Assembly: GCA_015064855.1 (NCBI GenBank)
Contig: SVRK01000001.1
Coordinates: 14,196 to 78,195 of the forward strand
Direction of reading: 5' to 3'
Source of the DNA: Oscillospiraceae bacterium
Lineage (GTDB): Bacteria > Bacillota > Clostridia > Oscillospirales > CAG-272
DNA: 64,000 nt
Translations under genes and position numbers: made by a program
Part shown: positions 51,403-61,389 of the stretch, piece by piece
How positions within the stretch are numbered: position 1 is the first letter of the stretch
How the letters are laid out: every line of letters starts with the position of its first letter
The notes under the pieces: model-generated
The model's input: only the letters and a program-made list of their open reading frames with translations
What the model was told of the DNA's origin: nothing
Database searches by the model: none

Positions 51403-53394
51403 TTAGTTGCTTTCGATATAGCGTTTCGCTTGTGTTGTAAATAATTCGTAGTATTTGCCCTTTGATTCCATTAGCTTTTTGTGATTGCCTTCTTCAATAA
51501 TTTCACCGTATTCAAGAACAATAATATTGTCTGCAGTAGTGGCGCTTGACAAACGATGAGAAACAAAAATAGATGTTTTATTCTCTGTAAGCTCCTCAAA
51601 TTGCTTAAATATTTGTTGCTCGGCAATTGCATCAAGAGAAGCGGTAGGCTCATCCAAAATTAATATATCAGAGTCTGAATAAAAGGCTCTGGCAACGGAT
51701 AATTTTTGCCATTGACCTATTGAAAGGTCAGTTGCGTTTTCATCAAAAAATCTAATAAGATTAGTGTCATATTGGTCGGGGAATTTCTCGATATAATCAG
51801 ACGCACCGCTTTGCTTTGCAGCGTTAATTACATCAGATTCGCAGTAACCCTTTTCAATATCGCCATAATATATGTTTTCTTTAACGCTAACCGCATATTT
51901 TCCAAAGTCTTGGAAAATAGTGCCATACATTTGATAAAGTTGAGTAAGGTCATATTTTCTTATGTCCTCACCATCTAGTAAAATAACACCATCAGTTGGA
52001 TCGTATAAGCGAGTAAGGAGCTTGATTATTGTAGTTTTACCTGCACCATTAAGACCTACTAAAACGGTTGTGGAGCCTTTTTCCAAGGTGAAGGAGACAT
52101 TTTTAAGCACTAGCTTGTCAGTTCCGGGATAAGAGAAGGATACATTTTTGAATTCGATTTTATGAGCTATGTGTCTTTGAACATTTAACGGTGGATTTAC
52201 TATAGGAACAATCTTTGGTTCTAGCTTATTAAATTCAATTACATTATTAATAAATAACGTTCCTTGATACACAGTTGCAGATGCAGCGACAACGGCACCA
52301 ACACATCCAATTATTGAATTAAGTGCGCTTGCGTAATAGGAATAATCGCCAATTTTGAAATTTGGGTCCGTAATTCCTTTGATTCCTACATAGAGGAAAA
52401 GACAAGCGTTTACCATCGCTGTGACAATACCAATTAATATATGCCATACATTTTCACGAATTACAAGTGATTTAAATCCCTTGAAATATTTTTTAAATAC
52501 AGCTTTAAATTTGCCAATAAAAGTGTCTGACAAATTAAATAATCTTACTTCCTTTACAACGTCCTTGTTGGTCATTATTTGTGAAAAATATTCCATTTGG
52601 CGTCTGTCCTTAGAACGGCGGCGCATATAGAGGAAATTTTTTCTACCATATATAAATTTGATAATAGCAGCAGGTAATGAAATAATGATTATAAGCACCG
52701 GCGCAAAAGGATTCAAGGTTATTAGTACGATTATAAACGAAATCATACTAATAAGATTGCTAATCATAGAAAACGTTGAGCTTATAATTTGTATCGGTCT
52801 AAATGATGCCTCGCGAGTAGCATTTTCAAATTTTTCATAAAACTTTGGTAAATCAAATTGAGAAATATCAATGCTTTTGGCTTTAGTGATAATTCTTATT
52901 TTTATATGATTTGCTACCTTTTCTCCGGAAACGCTTAAAAAAGCATTGTAGGCGTTTGAAACAATAGTTTGTAGAACAAGGTATCCAAGTTCAAGTACAA
53001 CTAAATATCCTATTGAATATGGAAGCCAATTAATAAAAAAGTCGTTTGAATAAAATGGTTGTTCTTGAAAAAGAACGGGAATGCTATTAATAATATCCGA
53101 AAAACTGTCTCCGTTAAAATTGAAGCTCGCTCTGTTTGCCAAAGCATCTCCGACCGCTGTTAAGAGCTCAGCTCCGATTTTTGCGCCTAGAACAGGAAAT
53201 AAACCGGTTAGGACAGTAACAATACACATTACTATCAAAATAATTGGGCTAGCTTCCCATACTAATTTGAATACAAATGCATATCTAAATATAAATGAAG
53301 AAAATAACTTCCAAATATAAGGAAAAACTTCCTTGAACGACTTCGGCTTGGGAATGTCGCTTGTATTAGGCTTTAATGGGGGAGGTCCGTACAT
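51403..53394 (-). CDS. Fused ABC exporter (permease plus ATP-binding domain)
   Basis: Six-TM N-terminal half. Motifs GLNGAGKTT, LSIGQWQKLSVARAF and ILILDEPTASLD. Confidence 0.85.
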   Translation of the reverse strand: MYGPPPLKPNTSDIPKPKSFKEVFPYIWKLFSSFIFRYAFVFKLVWEASPIILIVMCIVTVLTGLFPVLGAKIGAELLTAVGDALANRASFNFNGDSFSDIINSIPVLFQEQPFYSNDFFINWLPYSIGYLVVLELGYLVLQTIVSNAYNAFLSVSGEKVANHIKIRIITKAKSIDISQFDLPKFYEKFENATREASFRPIQIISSTFSMISNLISMISFIIVLITLNPFAPVLIIIISLPAAIIKFIYGRKNFLYMRRRSKDRRQMEYFSQIMTNKDVVKEVRLFNLSDTFIGKFKAVFKKYFKGFKSLVIRENVWHILIGIVTAMVNACLFLYVGIKGITDPNFKIGDYSYYASALNSIIGCVGAVVAASATVYQGTLFINNVIEFNKLEPKIVPIVNPPLNVQRHIAHKIEFKNVSFSYPGTDKLVLKNVSFTLEKGSTTVLVGLNGAGKTTIIKLLTRLYDPTDGVILLDGEDIRKYDLTQLYQMYGTIFQDFGKYAVSVKENIYYGDIEKGYCESDVINAAKQSGASDYIEKFPDQYDTNLIRFFDENATDLSIGQWQKLSVARAFYSDSDILILDEPTASLDAIAEQQIFKQFEELTENKTSIFVSHRLSSATTADNIIVLEYGEIIEEGNHKKLMESKGKYYELFTTQAKRYIESN

Positions 53395-53559
53395 ACAGTA
53401 CTCCTTAAAAATTTGTTTTTATTTATTATAACACTATAATATTCTAATTTCAAGTGCAAAAAATGTTGAAAATTAAATAATAAAATTGTTTTGCCTTAAC
53501 ATAAAATGACCTTTTTTTCATAAAATCTTTATTATAATTGAGAATAGGGGAGTGAAGAA

Positions 53560-54354
53560 ATGATTTTATATGCTGATATTTTATTTGCAATTAATTTCAG
53601 TATGGATTTTTTAGCGCTTTTTATCTGTTCAATTATTTTACATAAAAAACTAAATAAAAAAAGAATTATTATTGCTTCGTTAATTGGCGCACTTTTTGGT
53701 GTTTTAGACGTTATAGTTCAGTTGAATCAGGTTTTAAGCATACTTTTTTCCGTTGTAATAGCAATAGTTATGTGCTTGATTTCCTTTACTGAAATAAATC
53801 TTAAAAAGGCTATTCTTACAAACTTGACATATTGGGGAGTAAGTGCGTGCCTAGGTGGGGTAATGAGTCTTTTGTTTTCATTTTTTAATAGAATATTCGG
53901 TGAGTATATCGAAAAATATTCTCAAGAAAGTGCATACAACGGAGCGCGCTTTTTAATTATTGCATCATTAACAGCAATAGTTTCAATAATTTTTACTAGG
54001 ATTTTTACAACAAAAAAGGATGTTAAGGCGACGGAAATAACAATTAAGTTTGATAAAAAAGAATACAAGCTTGAGGCACTTTGCGATTCAGGTAATATGC
54101 TATGTGATCCAATATTGGTTAAGCCGGTTATTTTGGTAACGTGTAAAAGTAAAATAGGAAAAACAATAAAAACAAAGGATGATATAAGGAAAAGATATAT
54201 TCCGTATAGTGACGTTTCCGGCAGTGGAATATTAAAAGGTATTATTCCAGAAAGTGTATGTGTTGGGAAAAACAAAGTTGACGCTATAATAGCACCTATT
54301 GAAAAAAATGATTTTGCTGGTTACGAGGCGTTAGTGCCAAGTAACCTAATATGA
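53560..54354 (+). CDS. spoIIGA: Sigma-E processing peptidase SpoIIGA
   Basis: Polytopic N-terminal half, an ALCDSGNML aspartyl-protease motif, and a position directly upstream of sigE. Confidence 0.85.
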   Translation: MILYADILFAINFSMDFLALFICSIILHKKLNKKRIIIASLIGALFGVLDVIVQLNQVLSILFSVVIAIVMCLISFTEINLKKAILTNLTYWGVSACLGGVMSLLFSFFNRIFGEYIEKYSQESAYNGARFLIIASLTAIVSIIFTRIFTTKKDVKATEITIKFDKKEYKLEALCDSGNMLCDPILVKPVILVTCKSKIGKTIKTKDDIRKRYIPYSDVSGSGILKGIIPESVCVGKNKVDAIIAPIEKNDFAGYEALVPSNLI

Positions 54355-54367
54355 TAAAGGAGAAAAT

Positions 54368-55075
54368 ATGGTTTTAGATAGGATTAGAAAAATAATTTTT
54401 AAAATTTATTTTAAGGTTGCATCAAAAAAAGAAGTTTACTATATTAACGGACCTGAGCTTTTATGTCCCCCACTTGACCCTGAGAAAGAAACGGAAATGA
54501 TAGAACAATTAGGCACTAATCCTGAGGCTTCAAAAATTTTAATTGAACACAATTTGCGACTTGTCGTCTATATTGCAAAAAAATTTGAAAATACCGGCGT
54601 AGGGCTTGAGGATTTAACATCAATTGGAACAATAGGGTTGATTAAAGCAATAAATACATATAAAGCAGATAAAAATATTAAGTTAGCTACATATGCATCT
54701 CGTTGTATTGAAAACGAGATACTTATGTATATCAGAAAAAGCTGTAATAGGCGCTTTGAAATATCAATGGATGAGCCTTTAAACACAGATTGGGATGGGA
54801 ACGAGCTTTTGCTTTCTGACGTATTAGGTACGGACGAGGATACAGTGTATAAGAATATTGAAGCAAGTGAGGACAGTAAAATTATTGCAGATGCAATAAG
54901 TAAATTGGGAAAAAGAGAGCAGTTAATTGTCAAATTGCGATTTGGACTTGATGGTGGAGAGGAAATGACACAAAAGGAGGTTGCTGATATGCTTGGCATA
55001 TCGCAATCATATATATCAAGACTGGAAAAAAAGATAATAAAACGACTAAAAAAGGAAATAGAAACAAAAATTTAA
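54368..55075 (+). CDS. sigE: Sporulation sigma factor E (pro-sigma-E)
   Basis: Motifs [52 protein letters not shown] and [17 protein letters not shown] closely parallel B. subtilis SigE. Confidence 0.9.
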   Translation: MVLDRIRKIIFKIYFKVASKKEVYYINGPELLCPPLDPEKETEMIEQLGTNPEASKILIEHNLRLVVYIAKKFENTGVGLEDLTSIGTIGLIKAINTYKADKNIKLATYASRCIENEILMYIRKSCNRRFEISMDEPLNTDWDGNELLLSDVLGTDEDTVYKNIEASEDSKIIADAISKLGKREQLIVKLRFGLDGGEEMTQKEVADMLGISQSYISRLEKKIIKRLKKEIETKI

Positions 55076-55162
55076 AATTATTTAAAAAAAGACTTGACTT
55101 TTGTATCACTTGTGTTGTATAATAAATCGAAAATTATACTTTTGCATAAAGAGGTGAAAAGA

Positions 55163-55366
55163 ATGAAGAACGGAATTCATCCAGAATATAAGGACGCAAC
55201 AATTAGATGTGCTTGCGGAAATGCGGTTGCAACTAAGTCAACAAAGGGCGATATTTCTGTTGAAATTTGTTCAAAATGCCATCCTTTCTACACAGGCAAA
55301 CAAAAATTTGTAGATGCTGGTGGACGTGTTGACAAGTTCAAGAAGAGACTTAATAACGCAAAATAA
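55163..55366 (+). CDS. rpmE: 50S ribosomal protein L31
   Basis: [20 protein letters not shown]...[27 protein letters not shown]. The ATG at 55163 follows GAGGTG. Confidence 0.9.
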   Translation: MKNGIHPEYKDATIRCACGNAVATKSTKGDISVEICSKCHPFYTGKQKFVDAGGRVDKFKKRLNNAK

Positions 55367-55378
55367 TTCAGTTAAATT

Positions 55379-55409
55379 GGGTAAGTAGCTTTTAGTTTCT
55401 TACCCTTTT
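55379..55409 (+). terminator. Intrinsic terminator
   Basis: GGGTAAG (55379-55385) pairs with CTTACCC (55399-55405), followed by TTTT. Confidence 0.6.
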
Positions 55410-55431
55410 AATTTTTATTTGAGGAGGAGTT

Positions 55432-56679
55432 ATGGAGAAGAGAGCTATACTTGTAGGAATTTTCCCTCAAGGAAAAGAAGATGAATGCTTAAAATCTTTA
55501 AACGAGCTTGAAAGACTTGCTGATACAGCAGGAGCATATACCTTTGCTAAGGTTACTCAAATGAAAAATGTTCCAGAAACAGCTACTTGCATCGGTAAAG
55601 GTAAGCTGATTGAATTAAAAGAGCTGTGTCAAAGCAACGATATTGACATAGTAATTTTTGACTGTGAGCTAACTCCCGCGCAAATTAAGAACATCGAAAA
55701 TGAAACAGAATGTGATGTTATTGATAGAAGCATGCTTATTCTTGATATTTTTGCCTTGCACGCTGTTAGTGCAGAGGGAAAAATTCAAGTTGAATTGGCA
55801 CAATTGAAATATACAGCACCCAGACTTATAGGTAAGGGCAAGGATATGTCGCGCTTAGGTGGTGGAATCGGAACAAGAGGCCCCGGAGAAAGCAAGCTTG
55901 AAATTGACAGACGTAGGCTTTCAAGCAGAATAGCGTTTTTACAAAACGAGCTTAACGAGCTTGAAAGAAACCGCCAAATTATGCGTGCTCAACGCGAACG
56001 CTCTAATATCCCTAAAGCTTGTATTGTAGGTTACACAAATGCTGGCAAATCAAGTTTATTAAATATGCTGACTAACGCCGGAATATTGGCAGAGGACAAG
56101 CTATTTGCAACACTTGACCCAACAACAAGAAAATTCGACCTTCCAAGTGGAATATCAATGCTTGTTACTGACACGGTTGGGTTTATAAGAAAGCTTCCTC
56201 ACCATTTGGTTCATGCTTTTAAATCAACGCTTGAAGAAACCTTATATTGTGATTTTTTGATAAATGTTGTTGATGCCTCGGATGACGAATGCTATGAGCA
56301 TATGATGACAACAGAAGGAATATTAAGCCAGCTCGGAGCTCTTGACAAACCGATACTATATGTCTTTAATAAAGCTGATTTATGTACAAACGAAAGACTT
56401 TATGATTTGAGATTTTTTAACGCTAATAAGGGAAGAGTAGCTTGTATTTCGGTTAAAGAAAGGATTGGTTATGACGAGCTTATTTCACAGCTTGAATCTT
56501 TATGTAGATTTGGCAAAACAAGAGAGAGCTTTTTATTCCCCTATACAAAGCAAAGTGAGCTTAATCAGCTCTATCAATTGGCGGAAATAATATCAACAGA
56601 GTATGTTGATAACGGCACTAAAATTTACGCTTGGGTAGATACAAAAACTAAAAACAAGTTTTCTGCGTTTTTAGACTAG
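55432..56679 (+). CDS. hflX: GTPase HflX
   Basis: Motifs VGYTNAGKSSLLN, DTVGFI and NKAD, plus the N-terminal HflX domain. Confidence 0.85.
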   Translation: MEKRAILVGIFPQGKEDECLKSLNELERLADTAGAYTFAKVTQMKNVPETATCIGKGKLIELKELCQSNDIDIVIFDCELTPAQIKNIENETECDVIDRSMLILDIFALHAVSAEGKIQVELAQLKYTAPRLIGKGKDMSRLGGGIGTRGPGESKLEIDRRRLSSRIAFLQNELNELERNRQIMRAQRERSNIPKACIVGYTNAGKSSLLNMLTNAGILAEDKLFATLDPTTRKFDLPSGISMLVTDTVGFIRKLPHHLVHAFKSTLEETLYCDFLINVVDASDDECYEHMMTTEGILSQLGALDKPILYVFNKADLCTNERLYDLRFFNANKGRVACISVKERIGYDELISQLESLCRFGKTRESFLFPYTKQSELNQLYQLAEIISTEYVDNGTKIYAWVDTKTKNKFSAFLD

Positions 56680-56713
56680 TTCGACATTTGTCTAAAATCA
56701 GAAAGGATTTAAC

Positions 56714-57334
56714 TTGATAAAGAAAATTAAAAGATTAAAAAAGCCTTCTACTATTGAGTTTATAGAAAAAAAGTCAACTTTTATTGGATATTCTACGTTT
56801 GTAGAAAATGAAGAGATGGCACTTGAAATAATTAAACAAAAAAAGAAGGAATTTCAAGACGCAACACATAATGTGTATGCATATGTAATAGGTGAAAACA
56901 TAGCGCGATATTCTGATGATGGAGAACCGCAGGGAACGGCGGGAATGCCGGTATTAAACGCCATTAGAATGTCGGGTATTAGTGATGTTTTGGTTGTTGT
57001 TACAAGATATTTTGGTGGCATTTTATTAGGGGCTGGAGGCTTGGTTAGAGCGTATTCAACCGCTGCTTCTACTTCTTTAAATTCTGCTGATATACTTGTT
57101 TACGAGGATTATCGTGTATTAAAAATTGAATGCTCTTATTCAGATTATGGTAAGCTTTCGACCGAGCTTGCTACTGTTGATGCTATAATTGATGAAAGTG
57201 ATTTTTCTGATAATATTAAAATTGTTTTTGCGATTAAAGAAGAAATAGCAGATGCATTTGTTTCATCTATAACCGATATTTTTAATGGTAGAATTGTGCC
57301 TAAAGTGATTGAAAATAGGATAGACTGTAAATAA
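56714..57334 (+). CDS. YigZ/IMPACT-family protein
   Basis: Motifs DDGEPQGTAGMPVL and VVVTRYFGGILLGAGGLVRAY. It probably starts with TTG. Confidence 0.8.
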   Translation: MIKKIKRLKKPSTIEFIEKKSTFIGYSTFVENEEMALEIIKQKKKEFQDATHNVYAYVIGENIARYSDDGEPQGTAGMPVLNAIRMSGISDVLVVVTRYFGGILLGAGGLVRAYSTAASTSLNSADILVYEDYRVLKIECSYSDYGKLSTELATVDAIIDESDFSDNIKIVFAIKEEIADAFVSSITDIFNGRIVPKVIENRIDCK

Positions 57335-57404
57335 TTTTACGCAAAAAAAGTACTTGTTGCTTTTTTTGCGTATTTATATTATATATGCAAAAATGGAGGT
57401 AAAT

Positions 57405-58412
57405 ATGACAGTAAGTGAGATGTTTTGCGAAAGAGAACAGGATTTTCTTTCGGAATATGCATTTAAAACGTCTGAAACAAGAGGTAGAGAAAAGCCCAGT
57501 GAAATTTGCCCTAACAGAACAGAATTTCAACGCGACAGAGACCGTATTATTCACTCTAAATCCTTTAGAAGATTGATGCATAAAACACAAGTGTTTATTT
57601 TCCCTCAGGACGAGCATTTTAGAACGCGTATGACGCATACGCTTGAGGTTACTCAAATTGCTAGAATTATCGCAAGAGCTTTGCGTTTGAATGAGGATTT
57701 GTGTGAGGCGGCGGCGCTTGGTCACGATCTTGGTCACACTCCTTTTGGTCATTCCGGTGAGCGAGCTATGCAAATGTTTTATTCAAAGGATTTTGCACAT
57801 TATAAGCAAAGTGTAAGGGTAGTAGAAAAACTTGAAAATAACGGCAAGGGTCTTAATTTAACTTGGGAAGTAAAGGATGCGATTTTAAATCACACCGGAG
57901 ATTCCGAAGCGTCGACACTTGAAGGAAAAATTATTAAAATCGCCGATAGAATAGCGTACATAAATCACGACATAGACGATGCAATTCGCGGTGGCATAAT
58001 TTCCATTAATGATGTGCCAAAAGAGCTTATAAAAACGCTTGGAAAAGGTCATGGCGAAAGAATCAACAGAATGGTTTCGTCAGTAATTTCAGAGAGTATG
58101 GAAAAGCCATATGTTAGAATGGATGATGAAATCGGTGAGGCTACTATGGAGCTTCGTGGTTTCTTGTTTGAAACTGTATATCGCAATAAAATAGCCAAGT
58201 CGGAAGAAGAAAAGGCAATTGAAATGTTAAGGATTTTATACGAATATTTTCTTAAAAATCCAAACGAAATGCCAGGAATTTATTTTGAAAATACTAAAAA
58301 AGAGCCTGTGGAGCGTTGCGTATGCGATTATATTTCAAGTATGACCGACAGATATGCAATAGATTTATTTAGGGAGCTATATGTTCCTGGAATGTGGAAA
58401 CGACCTATATGA
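57405..58412 (+). CDS. dGTP triphosphohydrolase-like HD-domain protein
   Basis: Motifs RMTHTLEVTQIARIIA and GHDLGHTPFGH. The ATG at 57405 follows GGAGGT. Confidence 0.85.
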   Translation: MTVSEMFCEREQDFLSEYAFKTSETRGREKPSEICPNRTEFQRDRDRIIHSKSFRRLMHKTQVFIFPQDEHFRTRMTHTLEVTQIARIIARALRLNEDLCEAAALGHDLGHTPFGHSGERAMQMFYSKDFAHYKQSVRVVEKLENNGKGLNLTWEVKDAILNHTGDSEASTLEGKIIKIADRIAYINHDIDDAIRGGIISINDVPKELIKTLGKGHGERINRMVSSVISESMEKPYVRMDDEIGEATMELRGFLFETVYRNKIAKSEEEKAIEMLRILYEYFLKNPNEMPGIYFENTKKEPVERCVCDYISSMTDRYAIDLFRELYVPGMWKRPI

Positions 58413-60166
58413 GCATAATTTCACCACAAATAATAGAAGATATTAAGGCTAGAAATGATATTGAGCACGTTGTTTCATCATATATCACGTTAAAGCGTGC
58501 AGGCTCAAATTACAACGGCTCTTGTCCTTTCCACAGCGAAAGAACTCCGTCATTTACTGTATTTCCATCTACCCAATCTTTTTACTGCTTCGGTTGCGGT
58601 GCTGGTGGAGATGCCATTACGTTTGTAATGAGAATGGAGAATTTGGATTATATTACCGCGGTTAGAACTCTTGCGGAACGAAGTGGAGTTACAATACCCG
58701 AAAGTTTTTCAAGTAACACTAACGAAAACGATGTTTCAAGACAAAGAGTTCTTGAAATGAACAAAGAAGCAGCGCGCTTCTTTAGAAATGCGCTTTTTGA
58801 TACCAAGTATGGAAAAGAAGCGATGGATTATCTTGTAAACAAAAGAAAATTATCTACGTCTGTAATAAAGCATTTCGGTTTGGGATTTGCACCAAATAGC
58901 TTTGGCGCATTACATGACCACTTAAAAAAGCTCGGTTACTCCGATAACGAAATGGTTACTGCATTTTTATGTGGTAAAGGTAAAAACAATACTGCGTACG
59001 ACTATTTTAGAAACAGAATAATGTTCCCGATAATTGATGTATCCGGAAATGTTGTTGCCTTTGGTGGCAGAGTTATGGATAATTCTGAGCCAAAGTATTT
59101 AAATACTTCCGATACACCTGCATTCAAGAAAAGCAAAAATCTTTTTGCTTTAAATTATGCTAAAAATCATTGTGAAAACACTATGATTTTGTGCGAAGGA
59201 TATATGGATGTTATTTCCTTACATGCAGCCGGCTTTGAAAATGCCGTTGCTACTCTAGGCACCGCCATTACGTCTGAGCAAGCAAGAATTTTTTCAAGAT
59301 ATACAAAAAAAGTAGTCATTTCATATGATAGTGACCAGGCTGGGCAAAGAGCCGCTGATAAAGCGTTTAAGCTTTTGCAAGAGGTTGGTGTTGATGTTAA
59401 AATTTTGAAAATGGAAGGCGCGAAGGATCCCGATGAGTATATAAAAAAATTTGGCGCCGCCAAATTTAATGCAATAATTGATAGCTCAAAAACGCGCTTT
59501 GAATTTGAAATGGATAAAATCATTTCAAAATACAATATTAATAATGTTGACGAAAAGGTAAAGGCATCTCACGAGCTATGCAAGGTTATTGCATCATTTT
59601 CTTCCGAAATTGAGCGAGAACTATATTCAAGAAAAATGTCGACGTTTTTTGATATTCCACTGAGCAGTATCCAAAAGGATGTAGCTTCAATAATAAGAAA
59701 AAGAATAAGAGAAGACAAATCCAGACAGCAAAGCGAGTTGTATAGAATAACAAGCGGTATTGGTGACAGAGTTAATCCCGAAAGTGCTTCCAATATTAGG
59801 GCAAATAAGATTGAAGAAGCAATAATAGGCTTGATGTTACTTAAAGTTGAACTTCTAAAAGAGTGCTGCGATAGGTTAACACAAGAAAACTTTGTTACTC
59901 CGTTCTGTAAAAAAGTGTTTGAAAGTATTTCGTCGGTTTACAAGGAATTTGGAAAATTCGATATCGGATATATCCAAGATGAGTTTACAATCGAACAAAT
60001 TTCAAGGATTACAAAAATGCTAGCAGAACGTGAAAGGCTGTCAGTAAATGACAAGACCACGCTTGATAATCTTATAAATTCTTTAACTAGCGAGAGTGTT
60101 AAAAAGGAAGATAGTGATTCTTTTGATGACATTTTAGATGCAATTAAAAACAAAAAAAGGAACTGA
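58409..60166 (+). CDS. dnaG: DNA primase DnaG
   Basis: CPFHSERTPSFTVFPSTQSFYCFGCGAGGD zinc finger, a Toprim CEGYMDV motif, and a position upstream of rpoD. Confidence 0.9.
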   Translation: MSIISPQIIEDIKARNDIEHVVSSYITLKRAGSNYNGSCPFHSERTPSFTVFPSTQSFYCFGCGAGGDAITFVMRMENLDYITAVRTLAERSGVTIPESFSSNTNENDVSRQRVLEMNKEAARFFRNALFDTKYGKEAMDYLVNKRKLSTSVIKHFGLGFAPNSFGALHDHLKKLGYSDNEMVTAFLCGKGKNNTAYDYFRNRIMFPIIDVSGNVVAFGGRVMDNSEPKYLNTSDTPAFKKSKNLFALNYAKNHCENTMILCEGYMDVISLHAAGFENAVATLGTAITSEQARIFSRYTKKVVISYDSDQAGQRAADKAFKLLQEVGVDVKILKMEGAKDPDEYIKKFGAAKFNAIIDSSKTRFEFEMDKIISKYNINNVDEKVKASHELCKVIASFSSEIERELYSRKMSTFFDIPLSSIQKDVASIIRKRIREDKSRQQSELYRITSGIGDRVNPESASNIRANKIEEAIIGLMLLKVELLKECCDRLTQENFVTPFCKKVFESISSVYKEFGKFDIGYIQDEFTIEQISRITKMLAERERLSVNDKTTLDNLINSLTSESVKKEDSDSFDDILDAIKNKKRN

Positions 60167-60179
60167 GAAGGGGTAAATT

Positions 60180-61292
60180 ATGAACTCAGAAAAAAATTTT
60201 GATTTAAACGAGCTTATCGAAAAAGGGAAGAGCGAGGGTAGCATAACTAACGACGATTTGCTTGATGCTCTCGATGGCTATCAAGATTTCGATATGGACC
60301 AAATCGATAAGATTTATGAAACGCTTGAAAGCAATGGTATAGAGATTACCGATAGCTTCAACAGTGAGCAATTTGCCGACCTTGAAAATGAGGTTGAGCA
60401 AATGATGAATCCTGAAGAAATTGAAAAAATGCAAGAGGGCCTTGCCGTAGATGACCCTGTAAGAATGTATCTTAAGGAAATTGGTAAGGTGCCACTTCTT
60501 GATCCTGAAAAGGAACAAGAGCTAGCAAAAAGAATGATGGAGGGCGATGAAAACGCGAAAAATCAAATTGTAGAGGCCAACCTCCGTCTCGTTGTTTTTA
60601 ACGCCAAAAAGCACGTTGGAAAGGGTATGGCATTTCTTGATTTGATCCAAGAGGGTAACCTCGGTCTTATGAAGGCTGTTGAAAAATACGACTACAAAAA
60701 AGTAAACCCATTAACGCAAAAGGGTTACAAATTTTCAACATATGCTACATGGTGGATAAGACAAGCTATCACAAGAGCTATTGCCGATCAAGCAAGAACC
60801 GTTCGTATACCTGTTCATATGGTTGAAACTATCCATAAGGTGTCTAGAGTTTCGCGTCAACTTCTTCAAGAGCTTGGAAGAGAACCCACACCGGAGGAAA
60901 TTGCAGAGGTAATTGGAATGTCTGCAGATAAGGTGCGCGATACAATGAAATATGCACTTGAACCGGTATCTCTTGAAACTCCAATAGGAGAAGAGGAGGA
61001 CAGCCATCTTGGCGATTTTATTCCTGATGAAGATTCACCGGCACCATCCGAGGCAGCATCTTATACACTCTTAAAAGAAGAACTAAATAAGGTTCTCCAT
61101 ACATTAACTCCTCGAGAAGAACAGGTTTTAAAGCTCCGTTTTGGTTTGCTCGATGGCAGAACCAGAACGCTTGAAGAGGTAGGTAAGGAGTTTGATATTA
61201 CAAGAGAAAGAATTCGTCAAATCGAGGCAAAAGCATTACGTAAATTACGTCATCCTAGCCGCTCAAAGCGTTTGAGAGATTATTTAGACTAA
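60180..61292 (+). CDS. rpoD: Primary sigma factor RpoD/SigA
   Basis: Motifs [45 protein letters not shown] and [20 protein letters not shown]. Confidence 0.95.
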   Translation: MNSEKNFDLNELIEKGKSEGSITNDDLLDALDGYQDFDMDQIDKIYETLESNGIEITDSFNSEQFADLENEVEQMMNPEEIEKMQEGLAVDDPVRMYLKEIGKVPLLDPEKEQELAKRMMEGDENAKNQIVEANLRLVVFNAKKHVGKGMAFLDLIQEGNLGLMKAVEKYDYKKVNPLTQKGYKFSTYATWWIRQAITRAIADQARTVRIPVHMVETIHKVSRVSRQLLQELGREPTPEEIAEVIGMSADKVRDTMKYALEPVSLETPIGEEEDSHLGDFIPDEDSPAPSEAASYTLLKEELNKVLHTLTPREEQVLKLRFGLLDGRTRTLEEVGKEFDITRERIRQIEAKALRKLRHPSRSKRLRDYLD

Positions 61293-61389
61293 ATTTTATT
61301 TATAAATAAATGATCTTTTGCACTTGACATTTTAGTCTAAATATTTTAAAATAAATTATGTATGATGTAATTTCGGAGGAAATTTTATA

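Noticed and set aside
54368-55366. sigG does not follow spoIIGA-sigE, as it does in many Firmicutes.
   Set aside because: Gene order varies among Clostridia and sigG may be elsewhere. The sequence gives no sign of deletion or rearrangement.
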